A stretch of DNA of 45,218 nucleotides from an uncultured Candidatus Saccharibacteria bacterium (GCA_964586975.1 CAZPJV010000002.1:1-45218); one strand, 5' to 3'. Shown: positions 1 through 7,079, counted from the first letter of the stretch. Notes: generated from the letters alone by a model not told the origin. Made by a program: numbers and translations.

Positions 1-49
1 CGGCTGGCGAGCCCGCGTAGCGGGCGAGCCAATCACTTCATTTCCTAAC

Positions 50-134
50 TGGCGGAGGGTAGAGGGCTCGAACCTCTAAGGGCTTGCGCCCGCTGGTTTT
101 CGAAACCAGTGCATTACCATTCTGCCAACCCTCC
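50..134 (-). tRNA. tRNA-Ser (anticodon CGA), long variable arm, CCA encoded
   Basis: The reverse complement folds as a cloverleaf. Acceptor GGAGGGT/ACCCTCC, anticodon stem CTGGT/ACCAG with loop TTCGAAA, long variable arm, T-loop TTCGAGC, discriminator G plus CCA. Confidence 0.9.
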
Positions 135-139
135 AGATA

Positions 140-1342
140 TTAATTTTGTAATGACATTTTAGACTCTAGTGAAATAAATGCAACCAGGGCCGCCGAGGCG
201 GCCAGAGCGGCGAAGGCGAAAGCGTAAACGGGATTGAGAACCCAAAGACCGCCGGCGATGATGGACGCCAGTAAATAAAGAAGGCCCACGGCAAAGTTAT
301 AAAAACCGATGGCGGTCGCCCGCCGGTCCGGCTCCAGGTCGGCGATAAAGGCCTTGCTCTGCGCTTCGTCAATGGTGTAAAAAATTCCGAATAAAATAAA
401 CAGGGCTATAATTTCCCATTTGGTTTGCGCGAAAATAAATCCGAGCGCCATGGCGAAGTAAAGCAGGTAGCCCGAAATTATTATCGCCTGCCGGCCAATT
501 TTATCTCCTAGCTTGCCTATCGGCACGGCGAAGAGCACGAAGGAAATATTAAAAAGGGCGTAAAGCAGGACCACGTCTTTCAGCGCGAAGCCGGTTTGAT
601 AAGCGCGCAACAGCAAAAATCCAAAGCTGAAATACGCCAGCGAAAAAATTCCGGCGGGAATAAGAAAAGTTTTAAAGCCCGCGGACAGCGTGCCCCAGGC
701 CTGGAAAATATTTTCCCGCCGATGCGGCGCGCCCGGTTGGTCGCGCATCAGTGCCAAAACCAAAACTGCCGCGGCGGCCGCAACCACGGCAAAAATAAAA
801 AGGAGACGGAAAGCGCCCATATTTTCGCCCAGCGCCCGCAGGACAAAATAGGCCACCAGAGGCCCCAGGATCGCCCCGGCCTTGTCCAGAGCCTTGTGCA
901 GGCCGAAGGCATATCCCCTATTCTCCCGCTCGGCCACCGACGACAGCCAGGCGTCCCGCGGCGGCCCGCGGAAACTTTTGCCCAAGCGTTCAATAATTCT
1001 GAAAGACGCCAGCGAGGCGACGGAGGCCGGCGCCAGAAGCATTAATTTTGCGAGAGTGGAAAAGCCATAGCCGGAGATGGCGAGCGGTTTTCTTTTACCG
1101 GATTTATCAGAAAGCCAGCCGGAAACATAGTCCATCGAGGAAGCGGAAAAATCGGAAATACCTTCCACGATTCCCAAAAGCGAAGCCGGCGCGCCGACGA
1201 TGACCGTAAAGAAAACGGAGAAAATAGAGAAAATTATCTCCGAGCTGATGTCGGTCAGAAAACTCACTGCGCCCAGTTTGAGCACATCCGGATGCACGTT
1301 GAGAAATCTTTTGTCGGAATTGTCCAGCATGTTATTTGACAT
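140..1342 (-). CDS. MFS family transporter
   Basis: 400-aa ORF, highly hydrophobic with about 12 helices. MFS motif A-like loops GWLSDKSGKRKPL (N half) and GKLGDKIGRQ (C half). Its start overlaps the stop of the upstream 503-aa ORF; a second ATG (M5) at 1330 is an alternative start. Confidence 0.85.
   Translation of the reverse strand: MSNNMLDNSDKRFLNVHPDVLKLGAVSFLTDISSEIIFSIFSVFFTVIVGAPASLLGIVEGISDFSASSMDYVSGWLSDKSGKRKPLAISGYGFSTLAKLMLLAPASVASLASFRIIERLGKSFRGPPRDAWLSSVAERENRGYAFGLHKALDKAGAILGPLVAYFVLRALGENMGAFRLLFIFAVVAAAAAVLVLALMRDQPGAPHRRENIFQAWGTLSAGFKTFLIPAGIFSLAYFSFGFLLLRAYQTGFALKDVVLLYALFNISFVLFAVPIGKLGDKIGRQAIIISGYLLYFAMALGFIFAQTKWEIIALFILFGIFYTIDEAQSKAFIADLEPDRRATAIGFYNFAVGLLYLLASIIAGGLWVLNPVYAFAFAALAASAALVAFISLESKMSLQN
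1267..1327. repeat. Direct repeat copy 1 (5' coding end of the MFS gene)
   Basis: CTGCGCCCAGTTTGAGCACATCCGGATGCACGTTGAGAAATCTTTT is identical over 46 bp to 2881-2926. The next 15 bp still match apart from 4 mismatches. Confidence 0.95.
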
Positions 1343-2843
1343 TCTGTTCCAATAATCCTTCTCTCTCTAGCATTGCAAAATACACGGCTTTCTGCATCCT
1401 TGTTACGGAATGCCCAGTACCCCATTGCAGGAAACCGACGCCTCGTCTTGATTCCCATTCTTTTACAAATTGCATTCGCCTTTCTAGTGTTTGCGCTATG
1501 TATTCCTCTGGTATTTTTGAGTAATATTCGAAGTCGAATCCCACGATTTCCAACTGAACCTTGCCATTATCGACATGAACCTTGAAAGCATACCCATCAA
1601 GATCACTGTTCTCGTAGCCCATTTTTATTACTGCTTCTTTCATGAGTCCGCATGCTTGCCTGCTCATTCGTAATCCTTTCACCAATGCAAAATCTTCAAA
1701 TGAAACCTGGTTTTTGATACCTAGCAATGCACTCGCTTTTTCTATGACTTGCTTTGACAACCTGGACTCAAAAGACAAAGTTACGGTTGGATGGTTTTGA
1801 TATTTTTTTGCCAAAAGAGCTACTCGCTCATACTCTTCTCTAAACTGGTCCCGGTTATTCAAAATCTCCTGGGTCAGCTTTGCATTTACATCATCGTATG
1901 CGATTAATCCTTCTTCGAATTCAAAGATGGCGAACTGAAAACCATCCGGATAAGTCGCAAAGCCTACCGGTTTTTCCCACCTGATTTTTATATCCCCTTT
2001 TTCTTCTTCTACCTTTTCTTGAAATTGTTTGGAGGTGGCAAATTCCTGGGCAGATGACTGCCCTTCCTGGTGACCTCCTTTTTTAGTGTCTGTGTGACGA
2101 GCCGTTTTCTTTTCCTTAAGTAAATATTTTTTACCATTTACGTATATTTCATATACTCGATCTTTTAGTTGCTTTCTTTTTTCCCATAAGTGAGGCTTCA
2201 GTAAATCCGCCTTAGCGTCATCCTGAGACTCATCTATCAAAATCTTTACTCTACTTGGCAAAACAATTTCTCCAGTATCAGTAGGTGTAATATTAGAACC
2301 CTGCTCAAGAATTTCCGCCCCTAGGGCTAACAATTTGACATCTCTCGAATAGGCGTACCGTCTGGCAACAAGCAGACGTTCTTGCCTAGTAATACCACGC
2401 AGAAACACACCTGCTTTGATAGCCAACTGTACTCCTTCGGAATACATAGGACTATCTTTACCGTAAAATCGCTCGAGCCACGCTAACTCTTCCTCGGGTA
2501 ACACGAGTGTTTCGGCATTTGACAGGTCAGGTGCGAGAAACTCATCTGGCACCGGAGGTAATGCCAAACAGACGCCTAGGTCTTTTTGGTAGCGAGCACA
2601 CAACTTTCCAATTCTTTCGTCAGCAACCGATAAGGATTTTATAAATTCATCCGCTAAGGTTTCGGAGACTGGTTTCGTAGTAAATTCCGATACAAGACTC
2701 CGGACTTTCGGGTCATCAATAATATCCCTTCTAACCACCTCCGTGACCAAACGCCAAGACCTCTCAACAGCCTGCATCTGGATACCACCTTCCCTGCCAA
2801 TAACCGGTTTTCTGTGCACTATGTCAAGTGGATTTCCTTCCAT
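1332..2843 (-). CDS. Hypothetical protein (orphan, 503 aa) on an inserted cassette
   Basis: Long uninterrupted ORF with balanced amino-acid composition. It is visibly more AT-rich than the flanking MFS and PRTase genes. TGgTATAAT lies 6 nt upstream of its ATG. I recognise no family motif. Confidence 0.7.
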   Translation of the reverse strand: MEGNPLDIVHRKPVIGREGGIQMQAVERSWRLVTEVVRRDIIDDPKVRSLVSEFTTKPVSETLADEFIKSLSVADERIGKLCARYQKDLGVCLALPPVPDEFLAPDLSNAETLVLPEEELAWLERFYGKDSPMYSEGVQLAIKAGVFLRGITRQERLLVARRYAYSRDVKLLALGAEILEQGSNITPTDTGEIVLPSRVKILIDESQDDAKADLLKPHLWEKRKQLKDRVYEIYVNGKKYLLKEKKTARHTDTKKGGHQEGQSSAQEFATSKQFQEKVEEEKGDIKIRWEKPVGFATYPDGFQFAIFEFEEGLIAYDDVNAKLTQEILNNRDQFREEYERVALLAKKYQNHPTVTLSFESRLSKQVIEKASALLGIKNQVSFEDFALVKGLRMSRQACGLMKEAVIKMGYENSDLDGYAFKVHVDNGKVQLEIVGFDFEYYSKIPEEYIAQTLERRMQFVKEWESRRGVGFLQWGTGHSVTRMQKAVYFAMLEREGLLEQNVK

Positions 2844-2849
2844 AATAAA

Positions 2850-2858
2850 ATTATACCA
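2850..2858 (-). promoter_or_regulatory. Extended -10 box TGgTATAAT, 6 nt upstream of ATG 2843
   Basis: The reverse complement of 2850-2858 reads TGGTATAAT. Its position implies a leaderless or near-leaderless mRNA for the 503-aa ORF. Confidence 0.4.
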
Positions 2859-2880
2859 GTTTTTCGTGTTTTCTTGTAGG

Positions 2881-2941
2881 CTGCGCCCAGTTTGAGCACA
2901 TCCGGATGCACGTTGAGAAATCTTTTCTCTGAATTTTCCAC
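2881..2941. repeat. Direct repeat copy 2 (relic 5' end of the MFS gene)
   Basis: Matches 1267-1327. On the minus strand it reads GTG-ENSEKRFLNVHPDVLKLGA, a paralogous MFS N-terminus. It then runs into cassette sequence and stops after about 38 codons. TGcTATAAT (2948-2956) lies 6 nt upstream of the GTG. Confidence 0.9.
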
Positions 2942-2948
2942 CGGTAGA

Positions 2949-3572
2949 TTATAGCATATTCAAGAATCCAACTACTTCTGCGTCCGAGACCTGCGGAAAA
3001 TTGTGATAATAGGCCCCGACCGCGCCGAGATAACTGCGCTCGTCTTGCAACACCACGGCCGCGTCCGCCTCGGCGTGCAGAATCCGCATAAATTCGTGCG
3101 GCGCCACCGGCACCGCCACGACCAGCTCTTGCGGTTTTTCTTTGCGCAGAGAACGAAGCGCCGCCAGCATAGTCAACCCGGTGGCGACTCCATCGTCCAC
3201 CACAATCGCGATTTTATTTTGGGCCGAACGATATTGCCGGCCCGGCAAATATGTCTCCCGGCGCCGCCGCGCTTCGGCCAATTCTTTCCGCGCCTCGGCT
3301 TTCAGCCATTTAGGGTCCAGCAATTCTTTTTCTTTTTCGCTGCAGAAAAGCTCTCCTTTTTCGGTAATGGCGGCAACCGCGTATTCCGGATTTTCCGGAT
3401 GCCCGATTTTTCTGGCAATCACCAGCTCCAGCGGCACGCGTAAAAATTTCGCTATCTCATAGCCCAAAACCACCCCGCCCCGCGGCAGAGCATACACCAC
3501 AGCGTCTTGGCCCGCGTATTGTGAGAGCTCTTCAGCCAGCAACCGCCCGGCTTCTTTTCGGTCTTGAAACAT
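2949..3572 (-). CDS. Phosphoribosyltransferase family protein (COG1926-like)
   Basis: PRPP-binding motif IAIVVDDGVATGLTM. The N-terminus MFQDRKEAGRLLAEEL is typical of this family. The ORF-track start at 3635 adds 21 residues that would abut the tRNA fragment, so I prefer ATG 3572. Confidence 0.8.
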   Translation of the reverse strand: MFQDRKEAGRLLAEELSQYAGQDAVVYALPRGGVVLGYEIAKFLRVPLELVIARKIGHPENPEYAVAAITEKGELFCSEKEKELLDPKWLKAEARKELAEARRRRETYLPGRQYRSAQNKIAIVVDDGVATGLTMLAALRSLRKEKPQELVVAVPVAPHEFMRILHAEADAAVVLQDERSYLGAVGAYYHNFPQVSDAEVVGFLNML

Positions 3573-3637
3573 ATTTAAAGTATACTCCTCTTTTTGCGAT
3601 TTTTTGGAAAATAAGATAAAATGGCGAAGCATCATTT

Positions 3638-3702
3638 GGCCCTATCGTCCCTCGGCCGTAGCCCAAGGCTACTAGGCCTATGGGCGAGGCTAACGGTTAG
3701 GA
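3638..3702 (+). other. Truncated tRNA-Glu 5' half with a 41-nt hairpin insertion in the D-loop
   Basis: GGCCCTATCGTC (3638-3649) plus TAACGGTTAGGA (3691-3702) equal nt 1-24 of the intact tRNA-Glu at 3940-3963. They are interrupted by CCTCGGCCGTAGCCCAAGGCTACTAGGCCTATGGGCGAGGC, which has an outer stem CCTCG/CGAGG and an inner hairpin GTAGCC-CAA-GGCTAC. Confidence 0.85.
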
Positions 3703-3706
3703 TTTT

Positions 3707-3961
3707 ATGCATATAGTTTATGTATTAAAAAGTTTGAAGGATAATAATTTATACATAGGTTGTACCTCCAATTTTGACAAAAGATTGGACTATCACAATA
3801 CCGGAAAAGTTGATTCAACAAAAAATCGCAGACCATTCATCCTGGTATATAAAGAAGAATATGATAGTATCTATGAAGCTTTCCGTGCTGAGAAATTTTA
3901 CAAAACAGCAATGGGGAAAAGAAAATTGAAAGAAAAATTGGCCCTATCGTCTAACGGTTAG
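3707..3961 (+). CDS. GIY-YIG nuclease family protein (84 aa, domain only)
   Basis: N-terminal VYVLKS...LYIGCTSNFDKRLDYHN pattern (GIY...YIG...R...H-N) plus a downstream conserved E/K region. The last 7 codons and the stop are encoded by the 5' end of tRNA-Glu. Confidence 0.85.
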   Translation: MHIVYVLKSLKDNNLYIGCTSNFDKRLDYHNTGKVDSTKNRRPFILVYKEEYDSIYEAFRAEKFYKTAMGKRKLKEKLALSSNG

Positions 3962-4011
3962 GACATCGGCTTTTCAAGCCGGTAATCCGGGTTCGATTCC
4001 CGGTAGGGTCA
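3940..4011 (+). tRNA. tRNA-Glu (anticodon TTC), no encoded CCA
   Basis: Acceptor GGCCCTA/TAGGGTC, anticodon loop TTTTCAA, T arm CCGGG-TTCGATT-CCCGG, discriminator A. Confidence 0.9.
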
Positions 4012-4138
4012 CACCTCATATTACACCACATTTATCACACCCTGACAAACTGGAGTTTGTAGGGGTGTTGGTTTGTAGAAAAAATTTTTGCAAAACAAAA
4101 CCCCGCAAAAGAGTTCAGGACCCTAAACTGCGGGGTCG

Positions 4139-4170
4139 CCAGGCACAATGCCTGTGATTTTTTAAAAAAG
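4139..4170 (+). terminator. Possible rho-independent terminator after tRNA-Glu
   Basis: Hairpin CAGGC-ACAA-GCCTG followed by TGATTTTTT. It is preceded by a second hairpin, CCCCGCA...TGCGGGG (4100-4136). Confidence 0.4.
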
Positions 4171-4230
4171 AACTCTTGGCTCTCCCCGCTCCGAACTCGC
4201 TTTGTCGGAGCGGGAGTCTCGCGCGCGACC

Positions 4231-4572
4231 TCACTCGCCGGATGACTGCCGGAAAGTCATGTGCGCCGGGTCGTTAGACTGCCACCGGCGACGCTCCTCG
4301 GCGAGGCCAGAGGTCGCAGGCTCCGCTGGGTCCAGCACAGCGGTCGGGATACCGCTCGGGGCCGCTTCGTACTCCGGAACTTCCACGAGCACGTCGTCCC
4401 CACCCAACTCCCAGTCCTCATGCCAGAGGAAGTATCCGACTCTGTACCCAACAGCCAATAGACACCACCCACGATCGGCCGTCGAAGACAGCCTGCCCTC
4501 GAGGATGCTCCCGTCCCGACGGTGGCATCTCACCACTTTCCCAAACAGCAGACTCCACTCTCGTGTGTGCAT
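4231..4572 (-). CDS. Hypothetical protein (113 aa), strongly GC-rich relative to neighbours
   Basis: Shine-Dalgarno GGAGGTG lies 6 nt before the ATG. Third codon positions are G/C-rich. A hairpin CTCCCGCTCCGA/TCGGAGCGGGAG (4182-4216) follows the stop. The overlapping plus-strand ORF 4202..4615 is S/R/P-rich and looks like frame noise. Confidence 0.6.
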   Translation of the reverse strand: MHTREWSLLFGKVVRCHRRDGSILEGRLSSTADRGWCLLAVGYRVGYFLWHEDWELGGDDVLVEVPEYEAAPSGIPTAVLDPAEPATSGLAEERRRWQSNDPAHMTFRQSSGE

Positions 4573-4604
4573 TCTACACCTCCAGAATTTTTATAACATT
4601 AAAC

Positions 4605-4634
4605 TGGACAATTAGCAATAATCCCCTGTATAAT
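4605..4634 (+). promoter_or_regulatory. Sigma70-like promoter (-35 TGGACA, 18-nt spacer, -10 TATAAT)
   Basis: TGGACA at 4605-4610 and TATAAT at 4629-4634. The ATG at 4643 is only 8 nt past the -10, so the mRNA is probably leaderless. Confidence 0.55.
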
Positions 4635-4642
4635 CAAAAAAC

Positions 4643-5416
4643 ATGCAAAGTTTTGCAAAAGTCAGAATAGTAATTCTCGCCGCGGGCAAGGGCACGCGGA
4701 TGAAAAGCGACCCCGCAAAAAACGGGGCAAGCTTGCCGAAAGCGTTGGTGCTCCTTAGGGGCAAGCCGATGATAAGGTATGTGCTGGAAACGGTGGGGAC
4801 TATATCTTCTCAAAAACCGATTGTGGTCATCGGCCACCAAGCGGATTTGGTCAAAACACAACTGGCTAATTCGTGCGAATATGTCCTGCAAGCCGAACAG
4901 CTCGGCACGGCACACGCGCTCGCCTGCGCGGAAATCAAAGCTCGAGGTGCGGAAGAAATAGTGGTATTGTCAAGCGACCAGCCATTGGTAAAAAAAGAAA
5001 CCATCCTGCATTGTTTGGCCGAACACAAAAAAACTGGTGCCAAAATAACTCTGGCGACGACTGAAGTTCAGGATTTTGAGAGTTGGCAAAAATATTTTTC
5101 GACCCACGGCAGAATTTTAAGAAAAAACAGCAAGATAACCGGTATTCGGGAATATAAAAATGCCGGTGAAGAAGAAAGAAAAATAAAAGAAGTCAATACC
5201 GGTTGCTGCTATGTTTTCGAGAGCGCCTGGCTTTGGGAAAACTTGAAAAAAATAAACAACGACAACGCGCAAAAAGAATACTTGCTGACGGATCTGATAG
5301 AAATTGCCCACAAACAAAATGCCGGGGTGCTCGCTCTCAAAATAAGCCCAGTGGAAGCGCTGGGTGCGAATTCTCAAGAGGAACTTGAAATTTTGGAGAA
5401 GTTAATGGTAGAATAG
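4643..5416 (+). CDS. Sugar-1-phosphate nucleotidyltransferase (GlmU N-terminal domain-like)
   Basis: N-terminal ILAAGKGTRMKS...LPKAL...GKPM signature of the NTP-transferase fold. At 257 aa it lacks the acetyltransferase LbH domain. Confidence 0.8.
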   Translation: MQSFAKVRIVILAAGKGTRMKSDPAKNGASLPKALVLLRGKPMIRYVLETVGTISSQKPIVVIGHQADLVKTQLANSCEYVLQAEQLGTAHALACAEIKARGAEEIVVLSSDQPLVKKETILHCLAEHKKTGAKITLATTEVQDFESWQKYFSTHGRILRKNSKITGIREYKNAGEEERKIKEVNTGCCYVFESAWLWENLKKINNDNAQKEYLLTDLIEIAHKQNAGVLALKISPVEALGANSQEELEILEKLMVE

Positions 5417-5422
5417 CTCACT

Positions 5423-6640
5423 ATGAAAAATCCTTATGAGAACGCCATGGCGCAGTTGGACAAGGCCGCGAAGATTGCCAGCTTCGGGGACGAATTTATT
5501 TCTAAATTGAGACAGCCGGATAGAGATATCCGGATTTCTATTCCGGTCCAGATGGACGACGGCTCCCTGAAAATTTTTGAAGGCTACCGGGTGGAATACA
5601 ACAACGCCCTGGGCCCCTATAAGGGCGGCATCCGCTATCACCAAGATACGGAGATAAACGAAGTCAAGGCGCTGGCCTTCTGGATGGCGATAAAGTGCGC
5701 CGTCGCCGGCATCCCTATGGGCGGCGGCAAGGGCGGGATTACGGTTGACCCAAAAAATTTATCTAAGGGCGAACTGGAACGCCTGTCGCGCGGCTGGGTA
5801 CGGCGACTCGCAGATATTTTAGGCCCGAAGAAAGACGTGCCGGCGCCGGATGTCAATACCACCCCCGAGATAATGGCTTGGATGGCGGACGAATACGGCA
5901 AAATTACCGGCGACCGAAGCGGCGCGGTTATCACCGGCAAGCCGATAGAGGCCGGCGGCTCGGAGGGCCGTGGCACCGCCACCGCCCAAGGCGGATTTTT
6001 CGTCTTTGAAGCTTTGAAAAACGAACTCGGCCTGCCGAAGAAATGCCGAGTGGTCATCCAAGGTTTCGGCAATGCCGGCAGCCACGCGGCCGGCATCTGG
6101 AGCCGGGCGGGACACACTATTATCGCGGTTTCAAATTCGGACGGCGGCGTTTACAACGCAAACGGCCTGGAGGTAGAAGCGTTAACAGAGCATAAAAAAA
6201 AGACCGGCCATCTCAAAGATTTCCCCGGCGCTAAAAATCTCACCAACGCGGAGCTCTTGGCTCTCAAGTGCGACCTCCTCATCCCCGCCGCTTTTGAAAA
6301 TCAAATCACTGCCGAGAACGTAGGCAGGATCAATACAAAAGCTATTCTGGAACTGGCCAACGGTCCGACTGCCCCCGAAGCGGACGAGATATTATTTAAA
6401 AAAAATGTGCCGGTCATACCGGACGTGCTGGCGAACGCCGGCGGCGTGACCGTTTCCTATTTTGAATGGGCGCAAAACTTGAAAGGCGAGCACTGGAGCG
6501 AAAAGGAAGTGTTCGACAAACTCGCGCCCTTGCTGGAAGACTCCGCAAAAAAAATCTCCCAAAAAGCAAAGGAGCTTAAGACCAATATGCGCGCCGCCGC
6601 CTTCGTTCTGGCGCTTGAAAGAATCCAGGCGAAGATGTAG
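5423..6640 (+). CDS. gdhA: Glutamate dehydrogenase (Glu/Leu/Phe/Val dehydrogenase family)
   Basis: Motifs KGGIRYH and GIPMGGGKGG (catalytic Lys region), and Rossmann GFGNAGS. Confidence 0.9.
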   Translation: MKNPYENAMAQLDKAAKIASFGDEFISKLRQPDRDIRISIPVQMDDGSLKIFEGYRVEYNNALGPYKGGIRYHQDTEINEVKALAFWMAIKCAVAGIPMGGGKGGITVDPKNLSKGELERLSRGWVRRLADILGPKKDVPAPDVNTTPEIMAWMADEYGKITGDRSGAVITGKPIEAGGSEGRGTATAQGGFFVFEALKNELGLPKKCRVVIQGFGNAGSHAAGIWSRAGHTIIAVSNSDGGVYNANGLEVEALTEHKKKTGHLKDFPGAKNLTNAELLALKCDLLIPAAFENQITAENVGRINTKAILELANGPTAPEADEILFKKNVPVIPDVLANAGGVTVSYFEWAQNLKGEHWSEKEVFDKLAPLLEDSAKKISQKAKELKTNMRAAAFVLALERIQAKM

Positions 6641-6653
6641 CATTTCTTTATGT

Positions 6654-6703
6654 GCGCGTAGCTCAGCTTGCCCCGCCTGAACTAGGCGGGGTGAAGTAGA
6701 GCG
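6654..6703 (+). other. tRNA D-arm-like fragment A with hairpin inserted in the D-loop
   Basis: GCGCGTAGCTCAGCTTG[CCCCGCCTGAACTAGGCGGGG]TGAAGTAGAGCG. The flanks resemble tRNA positions about 1-25 and no anticodon arm follows. Confidence 0.7.
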
Positions 6704-6734
6704 TAAAAATATGTTATCATTTTGGTTCACAAGG

Positions 6735-6808
6735 GGGCGGTTAGCTCATTTGGCTAGAGCGCGTCGTTGACGTCGACGAGGTAACAAGTTCGAGTCTTGT
6801 ACCGCCCA
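6735..6808 (+). tRNA. tRNA-Val (anticodon GAC), no encoded CCA
   Basis: Acceptor GGGCGGT/ACCGCCC, anticodon stem CGTCG/CGACG with loop TTGACGT, T arm ACAAG-TTCGAGT-CTTGT, discriminator A. Confidence 0.9.
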
Positions 6809-6809
6809 C

Positions 6810-7079
6810 ATGAGTTGTTATGTATATTTGATTCAAAGCAGTTTAGATAAGAGTTTCTATGTTGGCATATCTGAAGATCCATTTAAACGTCTTCATGAGC
6901 ATAATAGCGGTAAATTAAAAAGTACTTCAAGAAAGAAACCATATGCCATGATTTATACAAAAGAATATCCAGATTATAAATCTGCAAGGAAACACGAAAT
7001 TTGGTTGAAAAAGAAAAATTTAAATTATAAATTAAGGTTAGCTCAGCTTGCCCCGCCTAGTTCAGGTGGGGTAAACTAG
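6810..7079 (+). CDS. GIY-YIG nuclease family protein (89 aa, domain only)
   Basis: CYVYLIQS...FYVGISEDPFKRLHEHN pattern. The ATG begins 2 nt after the tRNA-Val discriminator base. The C-terminal 14 codons read through tRNA-like fragment B. Confidence 0.85.
   Translation: MSCYVYLIQSSLDKSFYVGISEDPFKRLHEHNSGKLKSTSRKKPYAMIYTKEYPDYKSARKHEIWLKKKNLNYKLRLAQLAPPSSGGVN

Noticed and set aside
1509-2159. Protein-kinase-like motifs in the 503-aa orphan (YLLKEKK as a VAIK-like Lys, SDLDGYAF as a catalytic loop, VGFDFE as a DFG-like motif)
   Set aside because: The spacing between the candidate motifs is about 170 aa from Lys to the catalytic Asp, against about 95 in kinases. The catalytic-loop Asn and the glycine-rich loop are missing. 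It is too weak to call without profile or structure searches.
3650-3939. Possibility that the GIY-YIG ORF sits in a group I intron interrupting tRNA-Glu
   Set aside because: The downstream tRNA-Glu copy (3940-4011) is complete and uninterrupted. The duplicated part is the 5' half broken in the D-loop, not the anticodon loop where bacterial tRNA group I introns reside. I see no P1-P9-like conserved intron core in the 290 nt, which are almost entirely ORF.
4202-4615. Plus-strand 137-aa ORF in the GC-rich island
   Set aside because: The S/R/P-rich translation has no ribosome-binding site. The opposite-strand ORF 4231..4572 has a GGAGGTG site, a sensible composition and a following hairpin, so only the minus-strand ORF was called.
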